A DNA stretch of 57,450 nt from a virus (taxonomy: Duplodnaviria > Caudoviricetes): IMG/VR virus record IMGVR_UViG_3300035182_002025, positions 1-57,450 of that record, one strand, 5' to 3'. The position numbers were made by a program, and so were the translations under genes. Positions 9,664 to 19,338 of the stretch are shown piece by piece; within the stretch, counting starts at the first letter, position 1; the number at the start of each line of letters is the position of its first letter. The notes beneath the pieces were generated by a model, which was not told where the DNA came from, ran no database searches, and worked only from the letters and a program-made list of their open reading frames with translations.

Positions 9664-10107
9664 ATGTCAGAATTTATTAACCCGAAAGACCCCGTGGTAG
9701 AAAAGACCCCGGAAGCCTGGACATCCGAGCAAGAGATGTTGGCCAAGGACGCCTTGGTGGTGCTCAAGCGGCATTACAAGGACTACAAGTGGGGGATCGA
9801 GTTTTCAGAGAACGTAGGCAACAGCCTGGGCGTAATGATCATCCGATTATTGGATGTCCCGACTGACACATGCTACGTTATCAACCCCAAAGATATCGAT
9901 CGGGATAGGTTGACGGTAGTGATGCGCGCCGGCGGCGAGATGTTGGAGGCTTTGGGTTTACGAGTGGGCCGCGCCCGCGGTGACGATGTTCGCGGATTGA
10001 AACGCACCCCTGCAGGATTAATCGTGCCAGATTTTGACGCAGTGCCCGTTAATAACCCTGGGTACGCTAAAATTAAACTCGACTTCATGAAGCTTAAAAA
10101 TGGCTAA
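9664..10107 (+). CDS. Hypothetical phage protein upstream of portal
   Basis: AGGAGG RBS; 147 aa; VMRAGGEMLE motif. Confidence 0.7.
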   Translation: MSEFINPKDPVVEKTPEAWTSEQEMLAKDALVVLKRHYKDYKWGIEFSENVGNSLGVMIIRLLDVPTDTCYVINPKDIDRDRLTVVMRAGGEMLEALGLRVGRARGDDVRGLKRTPAGLIVPDFDAVPVNNPGYAKIKLDFMKLKNG

Positions 10108-10645
10108 TAGAGTTAAACTTCCAAGCAAAGAATACTTAGACGCATGCCTATCGTACAACAAAGATACGGGGGAGCTAATATGGCGGCAGCGCCCGGTAGA
10201 ACATTTTAAAAGCTATTTTGCCAGCAGGTGTTTTAACGGGCAATACGCTGGAACTGTAGCGGGATACCCTAATTGGAAAGGGCATATAACTATTTTCTTA
10301 GGTAAAAAGGCGTACTACGCCCATCGAATTATATGGAAGATGGTTACTGGAGAAGATCCTGTGGATGAAATAGACCACATAGACGGTGTAAAAAGCGATA
10401 ATAGCCTAAAAAATCTTAGGCAGGCCACAGGGGCCCAAAACCAGCGAAACCGTACAAAATATAAGTCTAACTCTACCGGATTTAAGGGGGTTAGCTTAGA
10501 CAGGGCTAAGGATAAATACGTGGCTCAGATATCAGTAGACGGTAAAAATATGCATATAGGGTATTTCGATAGCCCAGAGAAGGCATATGCCGCGTATTGC
10601 GAAAAGGCAAGAGTACTACACGGTGCTTTTGCTAACGTGAAATAA
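10100..10645 (+). CDS. HNH homing endonuclease with C-terminal AP2-like domain
   Basis: AHRIIW..EIDHIDGVKSDN..NLR; NSTGFKGV..AQI..HIGYF..AYAAY..LHG. Confidence 0.92.
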   Translation: MANRVKLPSKEYLDACLSYNKDTGELIWRQRPVEHFKSYFASRCFNGQYAGTVAGYPNWKGHITIFLGKKAYYAHRIIWKMVTGEDPVDEIDHIDGVKSDNSLKNLRQATGAQNQRNRTKYKSNSTGFKGVSLDRAKDKYVAQISVDGKNMHIGYFDSPEKAYAAYCEKARVLHGAFANVK

Positions 10646-10672
10646 CCAAACAAGCTGAACAGGTAAAACGCT

Positions 10673-13078
10673 ATGGCGCTAAAAGACCCAATGTACCCCC
10701 AACCTTCCCTAGCTGGGGGCGAATATAAACCGTCCGGTGTCGGCGGAGCGCCTATCGTAAACTCCGTTGATACCGTCGGTCAGGGCACGCAATTAGAGGC
10801 TAAACCGGCGTCTGCGGTTGGGATAGGAGCGGCCAATACGGACTGGCTTAGTATGGCCAGGAATGCCTATGATTCCTCCGAGAATTGGCTGCAAGTTAAT
10901 CAGCGCGCTATATGGGCCAGAAACTTTGCCCACTATCGCTCTGAGCATGCGCCCGACTCACCTATCTTGGCGGACGTCAATCGCCACCGACCTAAGCACT
11001 TTTGGCCGCGTACCAGAACGCTGGTGCGCACCATTCAAGCCGCGGCGGCCTCGGCCTATTTCTCCAGCTCCGACGTCGTTGTCGTAGAGGCAGAAGATCA
11101 GGACGACAAACTGCAAAATTCTGCCGCCAAGCTGATGAAAGAGCTTTTGAACTATAGGCTAAGCAAGACTGTGCCCTGGTACAAAATTGTACTGGGCGGG
11201 GTGGCCGAGGCGGCCGTTTTAGGCACCGTGGCCTCGCACCAATCCTGGGAGTACAAAGAGGTCGAAGAAGTAGTCGGCCATGAGTACGACGAATTTACCG
11301 GCCGCACCTACGAGCTGTACAAAACGGTTGTCACGTTGGACAAGCCCAGAGTGCGGATAGTGCCAGCGGAAAACATCCGCATGTCCCCAGCGGCCGATTG
11401 GCTCGACCCGGCTAACTCTACCCCCTACTTAATCGAGCTTCTGCCGATGTACCTCGGCGAAGTTATGGACAAGATCCGCTCTGGAAAAGATTCCAAGAGC
11501 GGAGAGCCTTCTTGGCGCGATATCGGCGAATCCATGTTGATATCAGCCGGAAATCGAGACAACCTCGATACGACCCGCAGGGCCCGATCCGGCGCTAGAC
11601 GATTAGACCCCAAGTCGAACATGATGGAGTCCGTCGACGAATTTCGCGTTATATGGATCCACAGAAACATTATTAGGCACGACGGGGTCGACTGGCTGTA
11701 TTACACCGCCGGTACGTCGGTCATGTTGTCGGAGCCCGTTAGGCTGGACAACATCATCCCCTGGGCAGAGGGCAAGCGCGATTACGTACTGGGCCAGCTC
11801 GAGGTAGAAACAGATCGCCCCTATCCGTCAGGCCCGGTAGAGCTCATCTCCGGCATGCAAAAAGCCGTCAACGAGTTAAAAAACCAACGCTACGAAAACG
11901 TCAGACAAGTGCTGAACCGCCGGTACCTATACCGCGCCGGCAATCAGGTAGATGTCAGGGCGCTGTCGCGTAATGTCCCCGGCGGATTGGTAGGTATCAG
12001 CGCGCCCGGAGATTTGGGAAGCCACGTCAAGGCGCTGGACACCCCAGACGTAACAGGCTCGGCATATCAGGAGGAAGACCGCATCAATCTGGCCATGGAC
12101 GACCTTTCAGGATCGACCACGGGCGCCACGGTCCAGGCCAACCGCAAATTGAACGAAACCGTAGGCGGCATGAACCTGATGAGCGAGTCCGCCAATCAGG
12201 TACGGGAGATGGAGCTTAGGACGTTTACAGAGTCTTGGATGGAGCCCGTTCTGACGCAACTGGTGCAGTTGGAGGCGTATTACGAATCCGACGCTGTCGC
12301 ACTGACTGTCGCCTCCAAAAAAGCCGGGATCCGTAAGATTCTGAAGGATTTTTTCAACTACAGGTTCGCGGTATCGGTTAACGTCGGTATGGGCGCCGTC
12401 AGCCCTACGCAGCGCATGCAAAAATTAATCGGCGCGGTATCTACCGTGCTGCAGACCGTTCCTGGCGCTGACATAGCGGCGGAAGGCGAAGAGATCGCGC
12501 AAGAGATCATGTCCACGGCAGGATACGACAACGGATCCAGGTTTTTCAACTTTGCCAGGGCCAAACAAGTTCAAGCCAAGTTGGAGCAAGAAGGCGATCC
12601 GAAAGTGCAATTGGCCCGCGAGCAAATGCAAGCCAAAGCGCAAACGGAACAGACAAAACTGGAGATCGAAAACGGCAAACTGCAATTGTCGCAAGCAAAA
12701 TTGGAGCAAGACAACCAAAAACTCCAAGCGCAGTACCTGGAAATGCAGGCCAAAATAGCCCTTATGGAAGCGCAAACGGTGAACACCAAGGCCATGGCAG
12801 TCAACGCCAACGTCACTGCGGTGTACGAGGCCAGCCAAGCCGCGGGTGTGGCGGTGCAGAACGCACACATCGCCCCTATTACGGACGGCATCTTGCGTAG
12901 CGCAGGTTTTGAAGACAAGGACGGGGGTACAGTAGTGCCTGAAATCCCACCGGAAGCGCTGGCCGCCCCTACCGTTGAAACGGCCCCTGAAAACCCTCAC
13001 CCTAACTTTCCACCTAGACCTCAATCCGCGAATACAGGTATACTTAAAGGGATTGAGACACCACAACTAGGAGGATAG
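10673..13078 (+). CDS. Portal protein
   Basis: 801 aa between terminase and scaffold/capsid; P22-like features (NELKNQRYENV, ETVGGM, VNVGMG) and a long Q-rich C-terminal coiled coil. Confidence 0.88.
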   Translation: MALKDPMYPQPSLAGGEYKPSGVGGAPIVNSVDTVGQGTQLEAKPASAVGIGAANTDWLSMARNAYDSSENWLQVNQRAIWARNFAHYRSEHAPDSPILADVNRHRPKHFWPRTRTLVRTIQAAAASAYFSSSDVVVVEAEDQDDKLQNSAAKLMKELLNYRLSKTVPWYKIVLGGVAEAAVLGTVASHQSWEYKEVEEVVGHEYDEFTGRTYELYKTVVTLDKPRVRIVPAENIRMSPAADWLDPANSTPYLIELLPMYLGEVMDKIRSGKDSKSGEPSWRDIGESMLISAGNRDNLDTTRRARSGARRLDPKSNMMESVDEFRVIWIHRNIIRHDGVDWLYYTAGTSVMLSEPVRLDNIIPWAEGKRDYVLGQLEVETDRPYPSGPVELISGMQKAVNELKNQRYENVRQVLNRRYLYRAGNQVDVRALSRNVPGGLVGISAPGDLGSHVKALDTPDVTGSAYQEEDRINLAMDDLSGSTTGATVQANRKLNETVGGMNLMSESANQVREMELRTFTESWMEPVLTQLVQLEAYYESDAVALTVASKKAGIRKILKDFFNYRFAVSVNVGMGAVSPTQRMQKLIGAVSTVLQTVPGADIAAEGEEIAQEIMSTAGYDNGSRFFNFARAKQVQAKLEQEGDPKVQLAREQMQAKAQTEQTKLEIENGKLQLSQAKLEQDNQKLQAQYLEMQAKIALMEAQTVNTKAMAVNANVTAVYEASQAAGVAVQNAHIAPITDGILRSAGFEDKDGGTVVPEIPPEALAAPTVETAPENPHPNFPPRPQSANTGILKGIETPQLGG

Positions 13079-13079
13079 T

Positions 13080-13190
13080 GTGACTAAAGACGAAGAAAAA
13101 ACGGCCGAGGCGCTATTGGCGTCAATAGTGGCCGCCGCGCCCTGGGACGGTCCTGATGTAGAAGAGCAAGCTGAGGTGTCCGATGACTGA
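13080..13190 (+). CDS. Small acidic protein (36 aa; not in ORF track)
   Basis: GGAGG RBS, GTG start, MTKDEEKTAEALLASIVAAAPWDG...; fills the gap between portal and the next gene. Confidence 0.5.
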   Translation: MTKDEEKTAEALLASIVAAAPWDGPDVEEQAEVSDD

Positions 13191-13485
13191 TACAGCCAAC
13201 ATATACGCCGCGGATCCGCAAATGAAGGCCGTAGCGCTTGGCCTGGACGCCCAGCACTTTATCGAGCACACCTCTTTGGGCCGGCATTTAATCGACAGAG
13301 CGCACGCCTGCCGAGTCGAGGCTTTGGAGGGACTCGCCACAGTGAACCCGGCAGACCTGATGGCCATAAGAACGCTACAGAACAAAGCCCTAATACCGGA
13401 TTTGTTCTTGCAGTGGCTGGATGAGGCGATAGCCGACGGCATTGCCACAGAGGAAACGATTCGACTGTCAGAGCAGTTCGAATAA
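13183..13485 (+). CDS. Small helical protein downstream of portal
   Basis: GAGG RBS; position typical of podovirus head modules. Confidence 0.65.
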   Translation: MTDTANIYAADPQMKAVALGLDAQHFIEHTSLGRHLIDRAHACRVEALEGLATVNPADLMAIRTLQNKALIPDLFLQWLDEAIADGIATEETIRLSEQFE

Positions 13486-13505
13486 TCAAATTTTTGGGGG
13501 AGAGT

Positions 13506-13751
13506 ATGACAAAAATGCGCGCTAAAATGCGTTTGGTAGAGATATCACGCAGCCAAACAACGATAAGTGAAGGCCTTATGTTCAGGGTGGTACCCTTGGA
13601 TCAAAGCTATCCGCCAGACGGATCGGACGAAAATAACAGCTTTGCCAAGTGGACACCCTCCGCGGAGCTGAAAATGGTAATTACCAACCCAGAACTTGTC
13701 GGAACCTTCACCATTGGCGAGGAATATTACCTAGACTTCACCAAAGCTTAG
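13506..13751 (+). CDS. Conserved hypothetical phage protein
   Basis: MRAKM...ENNSFAKWTPSAELKMVITNP...GEEYYLDF; GGAG RBS. Confidence 0.75.
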   Translation: MTKMRAKMRLVEISRSQTTISEGLMFRVVPLDQSYPPDGSDENNSFAKWTPSAELKMVITNPELVGTFTIGEEYYLDFTKA

Positions 13752-13779
13752 TTTTACACAACAGAGAGGAGACATCTCA

Positions 13780-14052
13780 ATGACTAAATCGGACCTGATA
13801 ACGGCCCTATCTGATAGAACCCAAATCACCAAAAAGGATACCGAGCTTTTTCTGGGATCCTTAGCTGATATTGGCGCCAAGGAATTGAAAAGTTCAGGCG
13901 AGTTTTCCCTGCCGGGTTTTGGTAAACTCGAAGTGGTAGAGCGCGCAGCTAGAGTGGGAAGAAATCCCCGCACAGGCGAAAGTGTCAGTATCCCTGCCAC
14001 TCAAAACTTGAAATTCAAGATCACGAAGGTTCTGAAAGATAGTATTAATTGA
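13780..14052 (+). CDS. hup: HU family DNA-binding protein
   Basis: MTKSDLI...LPGFGKLEV..RAARVGRNPRTGE.V.IPA HU/IHF signature. Confidence 0.95.
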   Translation: MTKSDLITALSDRTQITKKDTELFLGSLADIGAKELKSSGEFSLPGFGKLEVVERAARVGRNPRTGESVSIPATQNLKFKITKVLKDSIN

Positions 14053-14076
14053 TTTTTTCAGCCTTGTGAAAACCGA

Positions 14077-14115
14077 AACCTCGTGCTCAAGTATTTGACA
14101 CGGGGTTTTTTATTT
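14077..14115 (+). terminator. Intrinsic terminator after the HU gene
   Basis: AACCTCGTG / CACGGGGTT stem followed by a T-rich tract. Confidence 0.65.
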
Positions 14116-14180
14116 GCTATTGAACAATAGCATCATGCTACCGCCGAGAGGCGATATAGAATCCATAGTAGGAACTCCAC

Positions 14181-15215
14181 ATGGCAAAGATTACAGATTC
14201 AATGAAAGACGGCGAGACAGCGGCACCGGCTTTCGATAAACCGAAACCCGATTACGAAAAAGACCCCAACAACCAAGCGCGCAAACGTGCTGCTAAACGG
14301 TCTGGTAATCGCAACGCCGGTAAACCCGTAGACGCGATGGAAGATGCGGCACCGGAAGTAGAAGCTGTAGCACCCGAAGCACCCGAAGCTGCACCAGAAG
14401 GCGGTATCGTAAAAGAAGCGGAAGTAGAATTGGCCGAGGCCAAAACTGAAGAAGCCTCCGAAAACGAAACCCCTGCTGAAGAAACAGCCGAAACTCCTGC
14501 TGAAGAAACAGCCGAAACCCCCGCAGAAGAAACTCCTGCTCCCGCTGAAGAAGCGCCAGCAGAAGAATCCTCCGAAGCCCCAGGCGAGTACCAAGCGCCA
14601 GAAGGCGAATCGCACGGCGATCTGGTCAATAAGTACCATGAAGCTATCGCGTACGGTGACGTGGCGCAGGCAAATGAGCTGTACAAACAGCTTCAAGAGC
14701 ACCGGTACCATGAAAACAAACACCGCGGAGTGGCAGACGCCGCCAGCGAAGCCGAAGCCAGAGAACATCTGGCCGTGGCTAAAGCCTTGGCCGCTAAGCA
14801 CCCAGAGTTGAACGAAGACGGCTTGGCGGCAGACAAAGTGCTGGCCCTGGCCGAGATTTACCGAAATAATGGTGAAAAGCCGGCTGCTGCTTTGAAACAG
14901 GCCGTTGCGGACTTGTACCCAGAAAACCCCGTTGGCAATCTTGAAGCTGAAGTTCCGCCAGCAGAGCCCGAAGCAGCGGCAGAGGTACCGTCCTCGCCTG
15001 CAGAAGAGCCTGCCGCGGAAGCCCCAGAAGCAGCGTCGGAAGAGACAGCCGCCGCCAACGAACCTATTCCAGGCATGGAAGAGCGTAACCTCAGAAAACG
15101 CGCAATCGCAGAAGTTCCTTCTGCATCTGCCCGCAATGAGCCGGCTCCACCACCTGAAAAACCAACTCGTTCCAGCGCTATCGAGAAGATGAAAGCTGCA
15201 CGGGGTCAAAAGTAG
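14181..15215 (+). CDS. Capsid scaffolding protein
   Basis: Very acidic, Ala/Glu/Pro-rich with a basic C-terminal helix (SAIEKMKAARGQK); directly upstream of the capsid gene. Confidence 0.75.
   Translation: MAKITDSMKDGETAAPAFDKPKPDYEKDPNNQARKRAAKRSGNRNAGKPVDAMEDAAPEVEAVAPEAPEAAPEGGIVKEAEVELAEAKTEEASENETPAEETAETPAEETAETPAEETPAPAEEAPAEESSEAPGEYQAPEGESHGDLVNKYHEAIAYGDVAQANELYKQLQEHRYHENKHRGVADAASEAEAREHLAVAKALAAKHPELNEDGLAADKVLALAEIYRNNGEKPAAALKQAVADLYPENPVGNLEAEVPPAEPEAAAEVPSSPAEEPAAEAPEAASEETAAANEPIPGMEERNLRKRAIAEVPSASARNEPAPPPEKPTRSSAIEKMKAARGQK
14466..14534 (+). repeat. Imperfect 24-bp tandem repeat (ETPAEETA, about 3 copies) in the scaffold gene
   Basis: GAAACCCCTGCTGAAGAAACAGCC / GAAACTCCTGCTGAAGAAACAGCC / GAAACCCCCGCAGAAGAAACT. 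Confidence 0.8.
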
Positions 15216-15252
15216 TACCCAACCAGGGTCGGCCAGTGTCGACTCATGTAGT

Positions 15253-15292
15253 TAAACCCGCCGTGAGGCGGAACTAAACTCGCCGTGAGGCG
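15253..15292 (+). repeat. Tandem TAAACY-CGCCGTGAGGCG hairpin repeat in the capsid-gene leader
   Basis: CGCC-GTGA-GGCG at 15259-15270 and 15281-15292, 22-nt period. Confidence 0.85.
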
Positions 15293-15311
15293 TTATAGAA
15301 GGTGATTAAAT

Positions 15312-16319
15312 ATGAGTGGTCAAATCTGGTCGGTAGCTGACGAGGGCGGCTACATGTGGGCTCCAAACCTGTCAGAGTACCTGCGTTTGCAAAACTTGCC
15401 CGTTGTAAAATGGCGCCAGTTATGCGACGTGCGGGAAAACGATGCGGACGGCAAACCACTGGTTGGCAAAGGTCGTGGCGAAAAATGGTATTGGAACGTG
15501 TTTACCAAATTGTCTCAAAAAGGCAGAGCCTTGGACGAGACCGAAAGAATGCCAGAAACTGGCTTCAAAGTAACACAGTACTCAGGCACTATGACTGAGT
15601 ATGGCCAAGCTGTACCTTACACCGGTAAATTGGACGATCTGTCTGAGCAACCTATCAAAGAAATTATTCGCAAGTTGCTGAAAATCGACGTAGCGGAAAC
15701 CTTTGACGTGGCGGCTTACACCCAGTTCGACCAAACTCCTTTGTGGGTTCAAGCGACAGGCGGCACCAGCACAACTGCTGTTACTACCGGTACTGACGGC
15801 ATTCCATCAGTAACCAACAACATCGCTTTTGGCAAAGGCCACGTCGAGCCTATTGCAACTTTCATGAAAGAACGCGGTATCCCTGCGTACGAAGCTGGCG
15901 ACTACTTAGCTGTAGGCCGTCCTTCTACTTTCATCCAGTTGAAATCTGACTTGGAAGGTATTCAAACCTACACCGAAACTGGCCTAGCCCAGATCAAAAA
16001 CGGTGAGATCGGTAGATACCGCGGCATTCGCTTCATCGAGCAGACTCACATCCCTGCCGGTGGCGCGCAAGACTCCACTACTTTCAACCCACAAACCGGC
16101 ACTGCCGACGTGTGGAACAACGCTAAATCCGACTGGGTTTACTTCATGGGCGCCGATACTGTTGCAGAAGGTATCGCGATTCCTGAAGAGATCCGCGGTA
16201 AGATCCCAGACGATTACGGCCGTGGCCGTGGTATCGCATGGTATGCGTTGGAAGGTTTTGGCTTGAGCCATCCAAATGCCGCTGATGCCCGTGTTGTTAA
16301 ATGGGATTCAGCCGCTTAA
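15312..16319 (+). CDS. Major capsid protein (N4-gp56-like, HK97 fold)
   Basis: 335 aa after scaffold; L.ETE.MPE, TEYG..V, GEIGRYRGIRFIE, DDYGRGRGIAWY. Confidence 0.9.
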   Translation: MSGQIWSVADEGGYMWAPNLSEYLRLQNLPVVKWRQLCDVRENDADGKPLVGKGRGEKWYWNVFTKLSQKGRALDETERMPETGFKVTQYSGTMTEYGQAVPYTGKLDDLSEQPIKEIIRKLLKIDVAETFDVAAYTQFDQTPLWVQATGGTSTTAVTTGTDGIPSVTNNIAFGKGHVEPIATFMKERGIPAYEAGDYLAVGRPSTFIQLKSDLEGIQTYTETGLAQIKNGEIGRYRGIRFIEQTHIPAGGAQDSTTFNPQTGTADVWNNAKSDWVYFMGADTVAEGIAIPEEIRGKIPDDYGRGRGIAWYALEGFGLSHPNAADARVVKWDSAA

Positions 16320-16385
16320 TAGCGGGTGTAATCGGCGGGTGTAGCAGCCCGCTTATTCCAATCAGATTTTTATAGGACGACCAAA

Positions 16386-16829
16386 ATGGCGTACACAAAT
16401 CCAAAATCGGTAACTTACACCAGAACCATCACTACCGGTTCTAACACAACTTGGGAAATTGCGCCGCCTTTAGGTGCCACCCAAGCCCGTGTATCAGGCA
16501 TTAGCGTGTCTGCTACTACCACATGGACCAACACCACCACAGGCGGTCTGGTCACTGTCGGTATCCCTAGCAATACCGCTATTATGGGCTCTTTGAACCT
16601 GGGCACTACCGCTTCCGGTAGCGCCGTCGGTTTCAACACCCAATTTAACAAAAACGTCAACCCTCTGGTACCCGTGGTAGACTTGACTGGCACATCTAAC
16701 CCATCTGCCATCTCGACTTTCACACCGGCAGTAGAGGCATTGGGCCCAGTTCAGATTACCTTCACTTCACCTACAGGCGGCTCACCAGCCGGCGCAGGTA
16801 TCGCTGAAGTAACCATCGACTGGTTCTAA
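16386..16829 (+). CDS. Putative capsid decoration protein
   Basis: Thr/Gly-rich, beta-type 147-aa ORF directly after the capsid gene. Confidence 0.55.
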   Translation: MAYTNPKSVTYTRTITTGSNTTWEIAPPLGATQARVSGISVSATTTWTNTTTGGLVTVGIPSNTAIMGSLNLGTTASGSAVGFNTQFNKNVNPLVPVVDLTGTSNPSAISTFTPAVEALGPVQITFTSPTGGSPAGAGIAEVTIDWF

Positions 16830-16887
16830 GCAACATTTATCCGCCGGGTGACCGGCGAATACTTTTACCTGATAACAGGAGATTGAA

Positions 16888-17139
16888 ATGGGTAGTTCAC
16901 CAATGAAAGGCGGCGTCCACGATTTTAACACCGACGAATCCAACAGCATGCAGGATTCACGCAGCTTTCCTAACTCTGGCCTGTCGGCTGGCGTAGAAAG
17001 CGGTTTGTCTTCTGTTGAACGAAACAAACGTGGCGCTTTGCAAGCGCAACAAGAAACTCACGGCGCTGTTTTCCGTCAAGATTCAGTAGATGAATCTGCC
17101 GGTTCAGACAACGGCAAAAGCTTCAAGTTTCGGTACTAA
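16888..17139 (+). CDS. Hypothetical protein
   Basis: AGGAG RBS; 83 aa. Confidence 0.65.
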   Translation: MGSSPMKGGVHDFNTDESNSMQDSRSFPNSGLSAGVESGLSSVERNKRGALQAQQETHGAVFRQDSVDESAGSDNGKSFKFRY

Positions 17140-17142
17140 GCA

Positions 17143-17370
17143 ATGGATATCGCGATTCTGGGTAGCGGAGTTGCGGGCGACGGGGCGGGTGAAACCGCCT
17201 CAGACCACGAATTGTCGCTAGAATCCGGCTATATCGACGGCGGAAGCGCCTCTGCCCCGGTCGGGGTTGGGTGGTATGACACGTCGAAAGAAACCGATTA
17301 CGGTCACGGAAACCGCTATAGTAACGAGGAAACTCGCTTTATGGCCCGTGTACCTTCCAAACACAAGTAG
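17143..17370 (+). CDS. Hypothetical protein
   Basis: Tightly packed 75-aa ORF in the operon. Confidence 0.55.
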   Translation: MDIAILGSGVAGDGAGETASDHELSLESGYIDGGSASAPVGVGWYDTSKETDYGHGNRYSNEETRFMARVPSKHK

Positions 17371-17378
17371 GAGGAAGC

Positions 17379-17672
17379 ATGGCTGAAGTAACTTTAGATA
17401 GATCACGGCATTTCGCCGTAATTTACGGAGCGGTAGACAATGGCGCGGTATATCACCAAGATGGTATCGACTTTCGCGGCGACGGTACGCCTATTGGCGA
17501 CTTCGATTCTGAAGATAGCGCTGAAGACGAAGCGGTGGTAGAGGCTGATAAGCCAGCTACCAGAGCTAAAGCGCCAAAAAAACCAAAGGCGGAGGACTTA
17601 CCTCCTGTCGATACGACTATCGAGCTGCCTCCAGTAGACAGCAACGCTGATTCAGCGGACGACTTGGTTTAA
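17379..17672 (+). CDS. Hypothetical protein with acidic tail
   Basis: AGGAGG RBS; LDRSRHF...YHQDGIDF. Confidence 0.7.
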   Translation: MAEVTLDRSRHFAVIYGAVDNGAVYHQDGIDFRGDGTPIGDFDSEDSAEDEAVVEADKPATRAKAPKKPKAEDLPPVDTTIELPPVDSNADSADDLV

Positions 17673-17748
17673 AACATTTTCAAAACGCCGTAAAATGCCA
17701 GCTTAATTAGCCCGGTGTGAGCCGGGATCAAACCCATAGGACCCCACC

Positions 17749-18444
17749 GTGCTAACGCTTGCAGACATAATTCGCAGAACCCGATCAAGATTAGACGACG
17801 TCAAGAAGCCTTATCTGTGGTCGGAGCAAGAGTTGCTTGATTATATTAACGACACGTTAAAAGACGCCAGCATACGCGCAAACCTCGTCATCCAAGACGA
17901 TATCCAGATCCCCTTTAAGCAAAACACCGATCTTACCTGGAAATCCAAATACAATTTGGCCAGTGGCGTCCTAGACGTGCAGTCCATACGCTTAGCATCC
18001 CAGCCCACCTATACGTTGCTGCGCACCAGTATGCGCAGGCAAGAGCAGTACTATGGCGGTCGACCTATCCAAGAAGGTACCCCTTGGGCCTACGCCCTTG
18101 ACAAGACTCAAGCAGGAACAGGCTTCGATGCCGGCATATTTGTCAGAGCGGTAACTTTTATAGGCACCCCGTTGGAGGCCGACGCAGCCCTGATTGACAT
18201 TGTCAGACTTCCAGAGGATCTGGAAGCTTTGGAGGATGTACCTGAAATAGACGAGATATGGCACCCCGATTTAATTTACGGCGTAACCTCTTTGGCGTAC
18301 CTGAAAAGGGACGCAGATACTTTTGACCCGAAACGGTCGGCCAGAGATGACGCGCTGTTCGAAGCTAGATTCGGCCCCCGATTGCCTGCCGTCGTGTTTC
18401 GCGAAAGACAAATGGAAGTTCCTTTTGAAATGATAGTAGGGTGA
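17749..18444 (+). CDS. Head-tail adaptor protein
   Basis: TLADII...LDD....WSEQELLDYIN N-terminus and PEIDEIWHPDLI..AYLKRDAD C-terminus, typical of podovirus adaptors. Confidence 0.75.
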   Translation: MLTLADIIRRTRSRLDDVKKPYLWSEQELLDYINDTLKDASIRANLVIQDDIQIPFKQNTDLTWKSKYNLASGVLDVQSIRLASQPTYTLLRTSMRRQEQYYGGRPIQEGTPWAYALDKTQAGTGFDAGIFVRAVTFIGTPLEADAALIDIVRLPEDLEALEDVPEIDEIWHPDLIYGVTSLAYLKRDADTFDPKRSARDDALFEARFGPRLPAVVFRERQMEVPFEMIVG

Positions 18445-18448
18445 AAAA

Positions 18449-18661
18449 GTGATGGAAACCTCTGAAGAGCGCCGAAAAAATGACGTCAGGATAGCGGTTT
18501 TAGAAGAACAGGTTAGGCAGCTCCGCGCGGGCTGCGATACTAAAGAACGCAAGCTTGAGACTTTACAGGCTTTTCAAAACAAAGCTATAGGGTACGCCTT
18601 AGCGGCCAGCGCCGCCGTATCCATAGCCGCCCAAATGTTGGAATCGGGAGGCATAAAATGA
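18449..18661 (+). CDS. Small coiled-coil protein with C-terminal hydrophobic helix (holin/XhlA-like topology)
   Basis: RIAVLEEQV...AIGYALAASAAVSIAA. Confidence 0.55.
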   Translation: MMETSEERRKNDVRIAVLEEQVRQLRAGCDTKERKLETLQAFQNKAIGYALAASAAVSIAAQMLESGGIK

Positions 18662-18813
18662 TAACAGCGATCATATACCTTGTAGTAGGGGTACTTTTCA
18701 TGACCGTATCGAAAGTCCATTTTAACGCAGTATTGCGAAGCTTTAAATGCAGCCACCCAGAGGATCCTAAAAACGCTGCAGAATACAGACGTAAAAAGCC
18801 TTATACGCTATAA
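18658..18813 (+). CDS. Small membrane protein (51 aa; not in ORF track)
   Basis: GGAGG RBS, ATGA overlap, MITAIIYLVVGVLFMTVSK. Confidence 0.5.
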   Translation: MITAIIYLVVGVLFMTVSKVHFNAVLRSFKCSHPEDPKNAAEYRRKKPYTL

Positions 18814-18858
18814 TCCTTCTGGTAAAAGGCTAAACACCCCACATTAAAGGCCGTTAGA

Positions 18859-19338
18859 ATGACGTCAGAGCAGCAGGCAGTATTAGAAGCGTTTATAGGG
18901 CGTGCGATTACGCAGGACGATGTCCTGGCGGTAGACACGTACTTAATAGACCCAGATAACCGAAACGATGTGGCGGTACTTAACTTCGTAAACAGTGCCC
19001 TACCCTCACAGGTCGGGACGCTATCGGTAGACGATGTTTTCGACCAACTGTATACCACTGGCGACTACGTTACGCTGAAACAGGCGCACCTCCAAGGGAA
19101 TCCTGTGGCGGCTCTGGCCTTTTCCGCACTCTACGACGCGAAGCAGATTGGCAAGAACCAAGTAAATTTCGCGATGCCGCTGACGCAAGCACTGATGACC
19201 CAGCTCGTAACGGCGGGGCTAATGACCGCAGAAGGCAGGCAAGCGCTGGAAACACGGGCTACGCAGAAGGTAGAAGAAGTCACGCTCGACGCGCTGTCCC
19301 GAGCACTTAACATCGCTGAAGGAAGGATGGTGCTCTAA
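18859..19338 (+). CDS. Hypothetical virion-module protein
   Basis: 159 aa; TAATG coupling to the next gene. Confidence 0.65.
   Translation: MTSEQQAVLEAFIGRAITQDDVLAVDTYLIDPDNRNDVAVLNFVNSALPSQVGTLSVDDVFDQLYTTGDYVTLKQAHLQGNPVAALAFSALYDAKQIGKNQVNFAMPLTQALMTQLVTAGLMTAEGRQALETRATQKVEEVTLDALSRALNIAEGRMVL

Noticed and set aside
5715-10673. Group I intron or intein housing the endonucleases
   Set aside because: terL and portal read as complete ORFs; the nucleases have their own starts; no splice motifs recognised
14199-15209. 336-aa antisense ORF over the scaffold gene
   Set aside because: Phe/Arg/Cys-rich shadow of the GAA/GCN-rich sense strand; no protein-like features
15253-15292. CRISPR mini-array
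   Set aside because: Only two short units with almost no spacer and no cas genes
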